A stretch of DNA of 64,000 bases from Spirochaetia bacterium (GTDB lineage: Bacteria > Spirochaetota > Spirochaetia > SZUA-6 > Bin103), in the NCBI GenBank assembly GCA_965203905.1, contig CBDBDQ010000005.1, positions 5,888,001 to 5,952,000 on the forward strand, in the 5' to 3' direction. The translations under genes and the position numbers were made by a program. How positions within the stretch are numbered: the first letter of the stretch is position 1; each line of letters begins with the position of its first letter. Below are positions 56,843 to 64,000 of this stretch, one piece after another. Under the pieces are notes generated by a model. It did no database searches and was not told the DNA's origin. It saw only the letters and a list, made by a program, of their open reading frames with translations.

Positions 56843-57679
56843 ATGAAGCTCGCTCTGGTTGCGGACATCCACGCCAACCTGCCGGCGCTGCAGGCTGTTC
56901 TCGCCGACCTCGATCGCTGGCGTCCCGACCTGGTGGTGGTGCTCGGCGACATCGTCAACCGCGGTCCGCATCCGCGCCAGTGTTTCGACCTGATCGGCGA
57001 GTGTGCCGCCTCGCCGGCGTGGCACCTGCTGGCGGGCAACCACGAGGACTACGTCCTGCACCTGCATCGCCACCCGCCACGCGCCGGACCCGAGGCTGTC
57101 GTCCACCAGCACACGGTGTGGACGATCGTACAGCTCTGCGCGGCGCTCGAAGATCTCGCAGCGCTTCCGCCCCGGATCCGGCTCGACCTGCCCGCCCCGG
57201 CCGGCCGCGCCAGCTTCACCCATGCTTCGCTGCTCGGCAACCGCAACGGAATCTTCGCCGATACCGGGTCCCTCGATCTGGCCGCCAAGGTGGATGCCTC
57301 GGCCGCACTGTTCGGAGTCGGCCACACCCACCGGCCGCTGGTACGCAACCACGGCTCCACGATCGTGGTGAACGCAGGTTCCGTGGGTCTGCCGTTCGAC
57401 GGCGACCGACGCGCCGGTTACGCCCGGGCCACGGCGCGGCGCTCCGGCTGGCAGGTCGTAATCAAGCGCCTCGCCTACGATTGGCGGGCCGCCTGGCGCG
57501 ACTGCGTGACGGAGGAATTCGTCACCGGCAGCGGGCCGGTCGCACGGCTGATCAGCCGCGAGCTGGAAGTTGCCCGCCCGCTGCTGACGGAGTGGACCAA
57601 CCGCTACCAGCACCTGGTGCTGGCCGGCCGGATCGGTATGGAGCAGTCGGTGCGCGAGTTCCTGGCCGCGGCAGAGTGA
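56843..57679 (+). CDS. Metallophosphoesterase (calcineurin-like) family protein
   Basis: DIHAN, LGD.V.RG, GNHE, THAS, GHTH, NAGSVG.P.DG. Confidence 0.9.
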   Translation: MKLALVADIHANLPALQAVLADLDRWRPDLVVVLGDIVNRGPHPRQCFDLIGECAASPAWHLLAGNHEDYVLHLHRHPPRAGPEAVVHQHTVWTIVQLCAALEDLAALPPRIRLDLPAPAGRASFTHASLLGNRNGIFADTGSLDLAAKVDASAALFGVGHTHRPLVRNHGSTIVVNAGSVGLPFDGDRRAGYARATARRSGWQVVIKRLAYDWRAAWRDCVTEEFVTGSGPVARLISRELEVARPLLTEWTNRYQHLVLAGRIGMEQSVREFLAAAE

Positions 57680-57692
57680 TAGTGTGAGCTTT

Positions 57693-58805
57693 CTACAGAT
57701 CCAGTGGGGCGTGGGTGATCTGCTCGGCGCCGGTCGCGGAAATGACGAAGTCGTTCTCGAGGCGCATTCCCGCTGCCAGGTCCGGGTGGTAGACACCCGG
57801 TTCCACGGTGATCACGTCCCCCGCGACGAGTTGCTGGTCCCACTCCGGGTTCAGAAAGGGCGCTTCGTGGATCGACAGGCCGATGCCGTGGCCCAGGTGG
57901 TGCGGAAACCCGCCCGGATATACGGCATGAATAGTCGCTTCCGTGTCGCGAAACAGCCGCAGACAACTCAATCCCGGGCGCAGGCGGTCGGCCGCCGCCC
58001 GTAAGGCACCCGTCACCAGCTCCCAGGCATCCTGCTGCGCGTCACTGGGGCGCCCCGACACCGCGAACGTGCGCGAAGCATCGGCGCCGTAGCCGCGGTA
58101 CTCGACGCCCAGGTCGAGAATCCACAGTTCACCCGCTTGCGCCTTGCGGTCCCGCGCCGGGCCTCCGGGCGAGGCGCACTGAAAGTCCTGGCCGAACCGT
58201 CCCACCTCCTCGCCTGCCGTCTCCACCGCGGTACGCAACAGCTCGCCGTACAGGGTGAGCTCGTTCAGCCCGGGCTCGATGCGTTCACGGGCGTAGCGGT
58301 AGCAGGCATCGACGCAGCCGGCGGCGACGCGCAGCAGCGCCACCTCGTCCGGATCCTTGCACCGGCGCTGGTCCAGGATCCCGGCGCTGAGGTCTGCCGG
58401 CTCTCCGCGCAACAGCCGCAGCAGCAGCGCCGGGCAGGTACTCAGATCGCAACCCACCCGCCCGTCGAGCGCCACCCGGCTCACGAGACCGGCCAGCAGC
58501 TCCTCCTGGTTGGGACGGATGGTGCTCTGGTGGGCGTTGCCGGTGAAGGTGCGCACGGCGCTGACCGCAAGGCCATCCGCCTCCGCGTCCGGGGCGGCTC
58601 CCAGGGTGCCGGTCATCAGTATTGAGTCGCGCCCGCTGACGACCAGTGCGGATCGGGTCGCCACCGGCGTCAGGTATCCCGAGTAGTAGTAGACGTGCTT
58701 GCGGTCGGTGATGAGAGCGCTCTCGACCCCCTGCGCTTCCATCAGCTCGCGCAACCGCTGCAGGCGGGTGCGGCACCCTTCGACGGTGAGCCCGTGGCTG
58801 TCCAT
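57693..58805 (-). CDS. Xaa-Pro peptidase (M24) family protein
   Basis: Creatinase-type N-terminus; metal ligands in LDLG...Y.AD.SRT, HHLGHGIG..HE.P, TVEPG, RLEND. Confidence 0.9.
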   Translation of the reverse strand: MDSHGLTVEGCRTRLQRLRELMEAQGVESALITDRKHVYYYSGYLTPVATRSALVVSGRDSILMTGTLGAAPDAEADGLAVSAVRTFTGNAHQSTIRPNQEELLAGLVSRVALDGRVGCDLSTCPALLLRLLRGEPADLSAGILDQRRCKDPDEVALLRVAAGCVDACYRYARERIEPGLNELTLYGELLRTAVETAGEEVGRFGQDFQCASPGGPARDRKAQAGELWILDLGVEYRGYGADASRTFAVSGRPSDAQQDAWELVTGALRAAADRLRPGLSCLRLFRDTEATIHAVYPGGFPHHLGHGIGLSIHEAPFLNPEWDQQLVAGDVITVEPGVYHPDLAAGMRLENDFVISATGAEQITHAPLDL

Positions 58806-58869
58806 GGCGCCGATGGTACGCCGTCGCGTGTGCGCAGTCTACGGCGGCCAGGAACGATGGGGCGGCGTA

Positions 58870-59649
58870 TCAGGAGTCAAGGAACCCAGCCACCAGGCGG
58901 GCCAGGGACTGCGGCGCGTCCAGGTCGACCAGATGCCCGGAGCCGGCGACCACATCCAGCCGCGCCTGCGGCAGTTTGCTCCGGAAACGCTGGCGGTAGG
59001 AGGCCGGCAGCACCCGGTCCTCCGCGCCGAACACCAGCAGGACGGGCTGGGTGACGCGATGCAGGCGCCGCGCCAGGCGCGTATCGCCCACCGGCCACAG
59101 CAGGCGTGCCGCGGCCTCCTGGGCCCGTACCTGCTGCACCGTCCACTCCACCCGGTCGGCGCCTTCGGGCAGCGCCACGTGGGCGTCGAAGCGGGCCGGA
59201 TCGCTGCACAGCAGCGCGCCCAACCCGTCCGCCGGCTGGGCGAAGATGTCGGCGCTGGGGTCGGCCGCGTCGAACAGCCCCAGCGGCGACACCAGCACCA
59301 GCCGCCGCACCGCGTCCGGCCACACCGCCGCCACGTCGGCGGCCAGTGCGGCCCCCACCGAAACCGCGACCAGGTCTCGGTCCGCCCCGCCGGCCGCACG
59401 CAGCAGATCGTGGGTCGCAAGCAGCCATTCGAGCTGGTCGTCCAGTTCGGGCAACGCCGCCGCCCCCGGGAATCCGGGCAGGCTCGGGGCCACCACCTGC
59501 CGCCCCTGCGCCAGCAGCTCCAGAAAGGAGCTCCAGCGCGGCAGTCCGCCGATCCCCGGCAGGAACGTGACCGGCCGCCCCTCCCCTCGTTCCCACACCC
59601 GGCAGTCCACGCCGGCCACGGTGACCGTGCGTTCCCGCGGCGGGCTCAC
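58870..59649 (-). CDS. Alpha/beta fold hydrolase
   Basis: GTGA overlap; LPG, PSLPGF, AVSVG nucleophile elbow, G.ED, GH. Confidence 0.85.
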   Translation of the reverse strand: MSPPRERTVTVAGVDCRVWERGEGRPVTFLPGIGGLPRWSSFLELLAQGRQVVAPSLPGFPGAAALPELDDQLEWLLATHDLLRAAGGADRDLVAVSVGAALAADVAAVWPDAVRRLVLVSPLGLFDAADPSADIFAQPADGLGALLCSDPARFDAHVALPEGADRVEWTVQQVRAQEAAARLLWPVGDTRLARRLHRVTQPVLLVFGAEDRVLPASYRQRFRSKLPQARLDVVAGSGHLVDLDAPQSLARLVAGFLDS

Positions 59650-60857
59650 GTATCCCTCGCCGCCGCGGCAGGCCACCAGTGGTCTTCCCACTGGTCGGTA
59701 AACAGGTCACGGACCTGGGGCAGCACGCCCTGGGCGAACAGCTCGGTGTTGCTGCGCGTCAGCTCGCGGTCCATGTTGCCGAAGTGCAGCAGCAGCATGA
59801 GCTGGCCGATGTTCAGGTCCACCGCGATCTGCCGCAGCCGCTCGGCCACCTCGTCGGGGGTGCCGACCACCAGGTAGCCGCGCTCCAGGATCTGCTCGTA
59901 GCTGGGCGCGGTGGTGAACTGGGCCACCGGGTTGCCGGAGTTGGCCTGGCGCGCGCGGAACCGTACCGACTCCTCGGTGGCGTAGCCGGGCGGCACCGCG
60001 AAGCGGGGGTTGGTGTGCAGGCAGTTGCGGTAGAAATACTCCGCCGGCGCGCGGTACAGCTCCAGGGCCTCGCGCTTGGTTTCGGCTACGCCGACGAGCT
60101 GCAGGTAGCCGGCCTGGAACGGGTTGGGATCCCGGCCCTGGCGCTCCAGCTCGGCCCAGTAGCCCTTGAGCACCCCGCGCGCGGTGTGATAGCCGAAGTA
60201 GGAGAGCGCCGCGTACACGTAGCCGCGTTCGCCGCACATGCGCCAGGTATCCGGCGCGCCGCCCCCCGGCACCCAGATCGGCGGCCGCGGCGACTGTATC
60301 GGCCGCGGCCAGATGTTGACGTAGCGCTGCTGGTAGAAGCGGCCGGCGAAGGGAAACGGATCCCGCTCCTGCCAGGCGCGCACGATCAGGTCGCACGCCT
60401 CCAGGTAGCGGTCGCGTACCATGCTGGGATTCTGGCCGTAGGCGTAGCAGGTATCCATCGGCGTCCCCAGCGGCAGCCCGGCAATCAGCCGGCCGCCGGA
60501 GATGCAGTCCAGCATCGCCATCTCCTCCGCCACGCGGGTCGGCGGATCGTACAGCGCCACCGCGTTCCCCATCACGCAGATCGCTCCCTGCCCGGTGCCG
60601 CGCGCCAGGATCGAGGCCATCAGGTTGGGCGACGGCATCATGCCGTAACCGTTGGCGTGGTGCTCGTTCACGCACACCCCGTCGAAGCCCAGCCGCGCCG
60701 CATCCTCCAGCTCGTCCAGGTACTCGTTGTAGATCGTCCCGCCGCGCACCGGATCGAACAGGCGCGAATCGATGTCCACCCAGATCGACGGATGCCGTTC
60801 CCGGAAGTCGGCGGGCAACTCCGGATAGGGCATCAGGTGAAAGAACAGCACGTTCAT
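59646..60857 (-). CDS. LLM class flavin-dependent oxidoreductase
   Basis: ATGA overlap; FHLMPY, GFDG...NEHH, PSPN, RVAEE.AMLD.ISGGR, WPRP.Q.P.PP.W.PG. Confidence 0.92.
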   Translation of the reverse strand: MNVLFFHLMPYPELPADFRERHPSIWVDIDSRLFDPVRGGTIYNEYLDELEDAARLGFDGVCVNEHHANGYGMMPSPNLMASILARGTGQGAICVMGNAVALYDPPTRVAEEMAMLDCISGGRLIAGLPLGTPMDTCYAYGQNPSMVRDRYLEACDLIVRAWQERDPFPFAGRFYQQRYVNIWPRPIQSPRPPIWVPGGGAPDTWRMCGERGYVYAALSYFGYHTARGVLKGYWAELERQGRDPNPFQAGYLQLVGVAETKREALELYRAPAEYFYRNCLHTNPRFAVPPGYATEESVRFRARQANSGNPVAQFTTAPSYEQILERGYLVVGTPDEVAERLRQIAVDLNIGQLMLLLHFGNMDRELTRSNTELFAQGVLPQVRDLFTDQWEDHWWPAAAARDT

Positions 60858-62737
60858 TCGGGGCCGTCCGTGACGCTGACCAGGGCCTCGGCGATGGGGC
60901 CGAGCGGTTCCCCGTCGACCGCGATTTGCGCGGTCAGCAGGCGGCGGACGCCGTCGCCGGTGGCCGGTGCGGTGGCCTGCAGCGGGAGCTCGCCGCGTTC
61001 GCCGGGAGCGAGTGGCAGGGACCCGGCCGCGGCCGTGTGCCAGCCCGGCGGCGGCTGCAGCTGCGCCGTGAAGGTGACCGGCCGTTCCCAGTTGTTGCGC
61101 AGCATGAGGCGGTACTCGATGCTGCCGCCGGGAGCCACGGAGGCCAGGTAAGGCCGCAGCCGGGCCCAGAACAGGTCGACATAGTGGTCGGCCGGCTCCG
61201 CCACCAGGTTGCGGAACACCCGTTCCTTGCGCGCGATGAAGTCCGCGTACTCGTCGAGCTGCTGCTTCGAGCAGTCGATCACGTCGCGGTGGCCGGGACA
61301 GATCAGCTCGGGATCGAGCCGTCGCATCACCTCCACGCAGCGGCGGTGCATGGCAAGCTGGAAGCTGTTGCGCAGCACCGTGGTCTGGTACGGCTTGCTG
61401 AGGGTGGCACCGGCCCGCACCACGTCTCCCAGGAAGAAGTTGTCGCCGGTGAACGCCACCCGCCGCCCGTCGATGCGCCCGGCGTAGACGGAGTGGAACT
61501 CGGTCTGGCCCGGCGCGTGGCAGATGTCGAACGTGTACTCCTCCCAGGTGAAACGGTCGCCGTCCTGCAGCCGGCGATCGATCCGGATCGGCTTCGGCAT
61601 GGTGCAGGGAGTGCTGGCCCAGGCGGCGGGGTCCTCCAGCACCTGCGCCACCTCGTGCAGCGCCCAGCAGCGGGTGCCGTGGTGGCGCTGCAGGTAAGGA
61701 ATGCCGCAGGTGTGGTCGTCGTGGATGTGGGTCGGCACCACCAGGTCGAAGTCGGTCACCCCGTAGTCGTCGCGCAACTCGTCGAGGTGGTGGACCACGA
61801 AGCGCATGCTCTCGAACCCGCTGTGGTCGGGTCCCGTGTGCATGTGGGTGCTCAGGGAGTGTCCGTAGTCGACGAACATCGCCTTGCCCGAGTCGCTGAG
61901 CACCACGTAGAAGTTGCTGCACGCCCACGGGCCGCTCCACAGCAGGTGGCGCGACAGGGGCTGCAGCCGCAGATCGGGCAGGAAGGAGGCGCCCGGGAGA
62001 TCGGCCCGCACCACGTGCATCCCCTCCCCCAGGTCGACGCAGTCGCACAGCCGGCGCCGCAGCCGCGCGACGTCTCCGGCCACGTCGGTGATCGGCTCGC
62101 CGTGGGAGGGATAGGCCACCGCCACCGGCCGGCGGGCCAGAGCGTCGATCGACTCTATGGTGTAGGCGATGCCCTCCATGCCGCCGTACGCGTACTCCAT
62201 CGCGTGCAGTTGGTAGAGCCGGCCGCCAGCGGTCATCAGGTCGCCGACGAATGCCACTTCCCGCCCGTCGATCCGGGCGATCAGCATGGAGGAGCCGCGG
62301 GTATGGCCCTTCGCCGGGACCACCTCGAAGCGATAGCTGCGCCAGGTGAAGGTCTCGTAGTCCTCCAGGCTGGCGTGCACCGGCAGGTCGCGCGCCGCGC
62401 TGAAGAAGGTGTTGCGGTCGTCGTAGTTGTCGTAGACGCGGCGGGTGCGCCAGAACAGCTCCGCGTCCTCGAACAGGTAGCGCTCGTGCTCCGGCACGGC
62501 GACCCGCGCGCCGGCCGCGGCCAGGGCCGGGGTGCCCGCGCACTGGTCACGGTGGTGATGGGTGTGCAGCACCCAGTCCACCGAGCGCGCGCCGGTGGCT
62601 GCCAGTGCCTCGGCCACGGCACCCGAGCCGGAGTCGATCAGCAGCGCCTGGCTGCCGTCGACCAGCACGTAGACGTTGCAGATGTCGCGGAATCGGTAGA
62701 GGTGCTCGCTCAGCCGCGTGAGACGCGTATCAGCCAT
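60854..62737 (-). CDS. Tandem (two-domain) MBL-fold metallo-hydrolase with C-terminal Ig-like region
   Basis: THHHRDQ...GHT...GD...PSHG and THIHDDH...PGQT...TGD...PGH. Confidence 0.88.
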   Translation of the reverse strand: MADTRLTRLSEHLYRFRDICNVYVLVDGSQALLIDSGSGAVAEALAATGARSVDWVLHTHHHRDQCAGTPALAAAGARVAVPEHERYLFEDAELFWRTRRVYDNYDDRNTFFSAARDLPVHASLEDYETFTWRSYRFEVVPAKGHTRGSSMLIARIDGREVAFVGDLMTAGGRLYQLHAMEYAYGGMEGIAYTIESIDALARRPVAVAYPSHGEPITDVAGDVARLRRRLCDCVDLGEGMHVVRADLPGASFLPDLRLQPLSRHLLWSGPWACSNFYVVLSDSGKAMFVDYGHSLSTHMHTGPDHSGFESMRFVVHHLDELRDDYGVTDFDLVVPTHIHDDHTCGIPYLQRHHGTRCWALHEVAQVLEDPAAWASTPCTMPKPIRIDRRLQDGDRFTWEEYTFDICHAPGQTEFHSVYAGRIDGRRVAFTGDNFFLGDVVRAGATLSKPYQTTVLRNSFQLAMHRRCVEVMRRLDPELICPGHRDVIDCSKQQLDEYADFIARKERVFRNLVAEPADHYVDLFWARLRPYLASVAPGGSIEYRLMLRNNWERPVTFTAQLQPPPGWHTAAAGSLPLAPGERGELPLQATAPATGDGVRRLLTAQIAVDGEPLGPIAEALVSVTDGPE

Positions 62738-62747
62738 GTTTGCTGCG

Positions 62748-62776
62748 ACCTTATACCCGTCAGCGGATATGGTCAA
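62748..62776 (-). promoter_or_regulatory. Putative promoter of the MBL-LLM-hydrolase operon
   Basis: TTGACC-17 nt-TAAGGT overlapping the hemerythrin stop, ATG 10 nt later. Confidence 0.5.
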
Positions 62777-63251
62777 AATGAGCTGGTGCGTGGCAGGCGC
62801 CCGGACGGTGCTCGCGCGCGAGGTAGCGGCCGACCTGGGCCAGCTCCGTCTCGCTCAGCAGCCGCTGCAACTCCTGAAACAGCTCGCGCTCCTGCTCCCT
62901 GACGTAGCCGTGCAGGGACTCCCCCAACTGCACCAGCTCCGTACCGGTCACGCTGTCGCAGCGCACGGCGGCGAGCATCCGTTCCAGGTGGCGGTGTGCG
63001 CGGGCGGCCGCCCGCAGCAGTTCGCCGGCGCGCGGTTCACCGTTGTCCGCCGCCACCCGCAACGCCCCTTCCTCCACCCGGAAGTGGGCGCGCAACCCAT
63101 CCCCGAACTGCCGCACCACCTGGCACTGCCGGAGCTCATCCATGGGGCGCCCGCCGGCCACGGACGCGCCCCGCCGGCGCAACAGCCGGGCGACCAGCAG
63201 GATCTCATGGTGGTCGTGCGACAGCGCCACCAGCGCCGGATGCCGTTTCAT
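62760..63251 (-). CDS. Hemerythrin (HHE cation-binding) domain protein
   Basis: MKRHPAL..LSHDHH, HFRVEE, H..L, then YVREQE in place of H..xEE. Confidence 0.8.
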   Translation of the reverse strand: MKRHPALVALSHDHHEILLVARLLRRRGASVAGGRPMDELRQCQVVRQFGDGLRAHFRVEEGALRVAADNGEPRAGELLRAAARAHRHLERMLAAVRCDSVTGTELVQLGESLHGYVREQERELFQELQRLLSETELAQVGRYLAREHRPGACHAPAHFDHIR

Positions 63252-63279
63252 GCCGGAGTCTGCACCTTCCCCGTGGCCA

Positions 63280-64000
63280 TCACTCGCGGCGTCCGACCAC
63301 GTCCAGCGCATGCGCCGGCAGCCAGGCGCGGCGGCTGTCCGCCAGTCTCACGTGGAACCAGTCGTTGCGCTCCTCGAGCACCAGCAACTCGGTACCAGAG
63401 TGCAGGGGGGTGACAAAGCTGGGCTCGTAGGCATCGCTGTCGCCGCGCCGCGCCGTGACTTCGGACGCCACGATCACGGCTGCTTCCGGGCCGGGGCTCA
63501 GCAACTCCGTGGCTACCGACCCTCCAGCAGCGGCCGCCACTACGCCGGCACCCGCCAGCAGCGCGGCAGCGACCCGCCGTCTGAGGTACCGCCCCGTGCC
63601 CGTTGCGGCCAGCCACTCCCGGACTCGGGCGAGCGGCTTCGGCAGCGCCGTGACAGTGCCCAGGACGCCGCCCAGCGCACTCAGCAGAGCCAGGAACCAG
63701 AGCAAATTGGCGGCAGCCAGGAACAACGTGACCCGGAGCTGCAGCGGCCAGGCGTGGTGCCAGAAGAACAGCAGCCGCAGCACGCTGCCGGCGGCATCCG
63801 TGTCGATTCGATCGCGGCGCAGCGAGCGGGCGTGGCGCAGGCTCTGCCTCAGGTTGGGATCTGACGGGATGAACCGCTGCGCCTCGCGGTAGTGCAGGAT
63901 GGCGCGGCCCACGTCGCCGAGCCGCAGGTAGGTGTTGCCGATGTTGTACAGCAGGAAGCCGTTGCTGCGCCCGAGCGCTTCGGCGGCACCCTCGTAGCGC
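63280..64000 (-). CDS. TPR + SH3 domain protein (BatE-like), 5' end outside window
   Basis: YNIGNTYLRLGDVGRAILHY..A....P.D, two TM segments, C-terminal LHSGTEL.VLE....W..VRL.D...AWLP SH3b-like domain. Confidence 0.85.
   Translation of the reverse strand, partial: RYEGAAEALGRSNGFLLYNIGNTYLRLGDVGRAILHYREAQRFIPSDPNLRQSLRHARSLRRDRIDTDAAGSVLRLLFFWHHAWPLQLRVTLFLAAANLLWFLALLSALGGVLGTVTALPKPLARVREWLAATGTGRYLRRRVAAALLAGAGVVAAAAGGSVATELLSPGPEAAVIVASEVTARRGDSDAYEPSFVTPLHSGTELLVLEERNDWFHVRLADSRRAWLPAHALDVVGRRE

Noticed and set aside
60858-62543. Apparent 965-aa LLM fusion ORF
   Set aside because: The upstream part is an alternate frame over the MBL gene; the LLM starts at ATG 60857.
3047-62902. Many long overlapping ORFs (e.g. 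3047-4738+, 13763-15637+, 19940-22006+, 50491-53109-, 60926-62902+)
   Set aside because: Antisense or alternate-frame artefacts of high GC; they lack motifs while the opposing frames carry clear family signatures.
1-64000. tRNA, rRNA, riboswitch, integrase, transposase or prophage genes
   Set aside because: None recognised by eye; a covariance-model scan would be needed to exclude small RNAs.

Overview
High-GC bacterial DNA, densely coding, with no rRNA, tRNA, CRISPR array, integrase or transposase recognisable. Most of the window is uptake and catabolism: carbohydrate, peptide/nickel-type (family 5) and BMP nucleoside ABC transporters, two sulfatases, four PhyH-family dioxygenases, two BNR/sialidase-like proteins, hydantoinase A/B, class III and IV aminotransferases, MoeA, an FG-GAP propeller and an LLM/MBL/hydrolase operon. 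The gene content and signal-peptide style suggest a Spirochaetota-like, possibly sponge-associated organism (inference only). Accessory elements are scattered between these operons: two AAA_14/DUF4143 ATPases, two Uma2 nucleases, an orphan AbrB antitoxin and a MITE. The most notable items are two lower-GC two-gene cassettes that look like uncharacterised toxin-antitoxin or defence modules. One (1457-2958) pairs a multidomain protein with a small ADP-ribosyltransferase-like protein. The other (8434-10123) pairs a small RNase-toxin-like protein with an ImmA/IrrE-like protein lacking HExxH, and sits in a 2.4-kb segment bounded by a 17-bp direct repeat that splits the peptide ABC operon. The 32-35.3 kb region also holds a pentapeptide lipoprotein, a palindromic CGCGAATT array, a mosaic of three unrelated gene fragments and a tandem-repeat coiled-coil membrane protein. 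All calls come from reading motifs by eye; no database searches were run.
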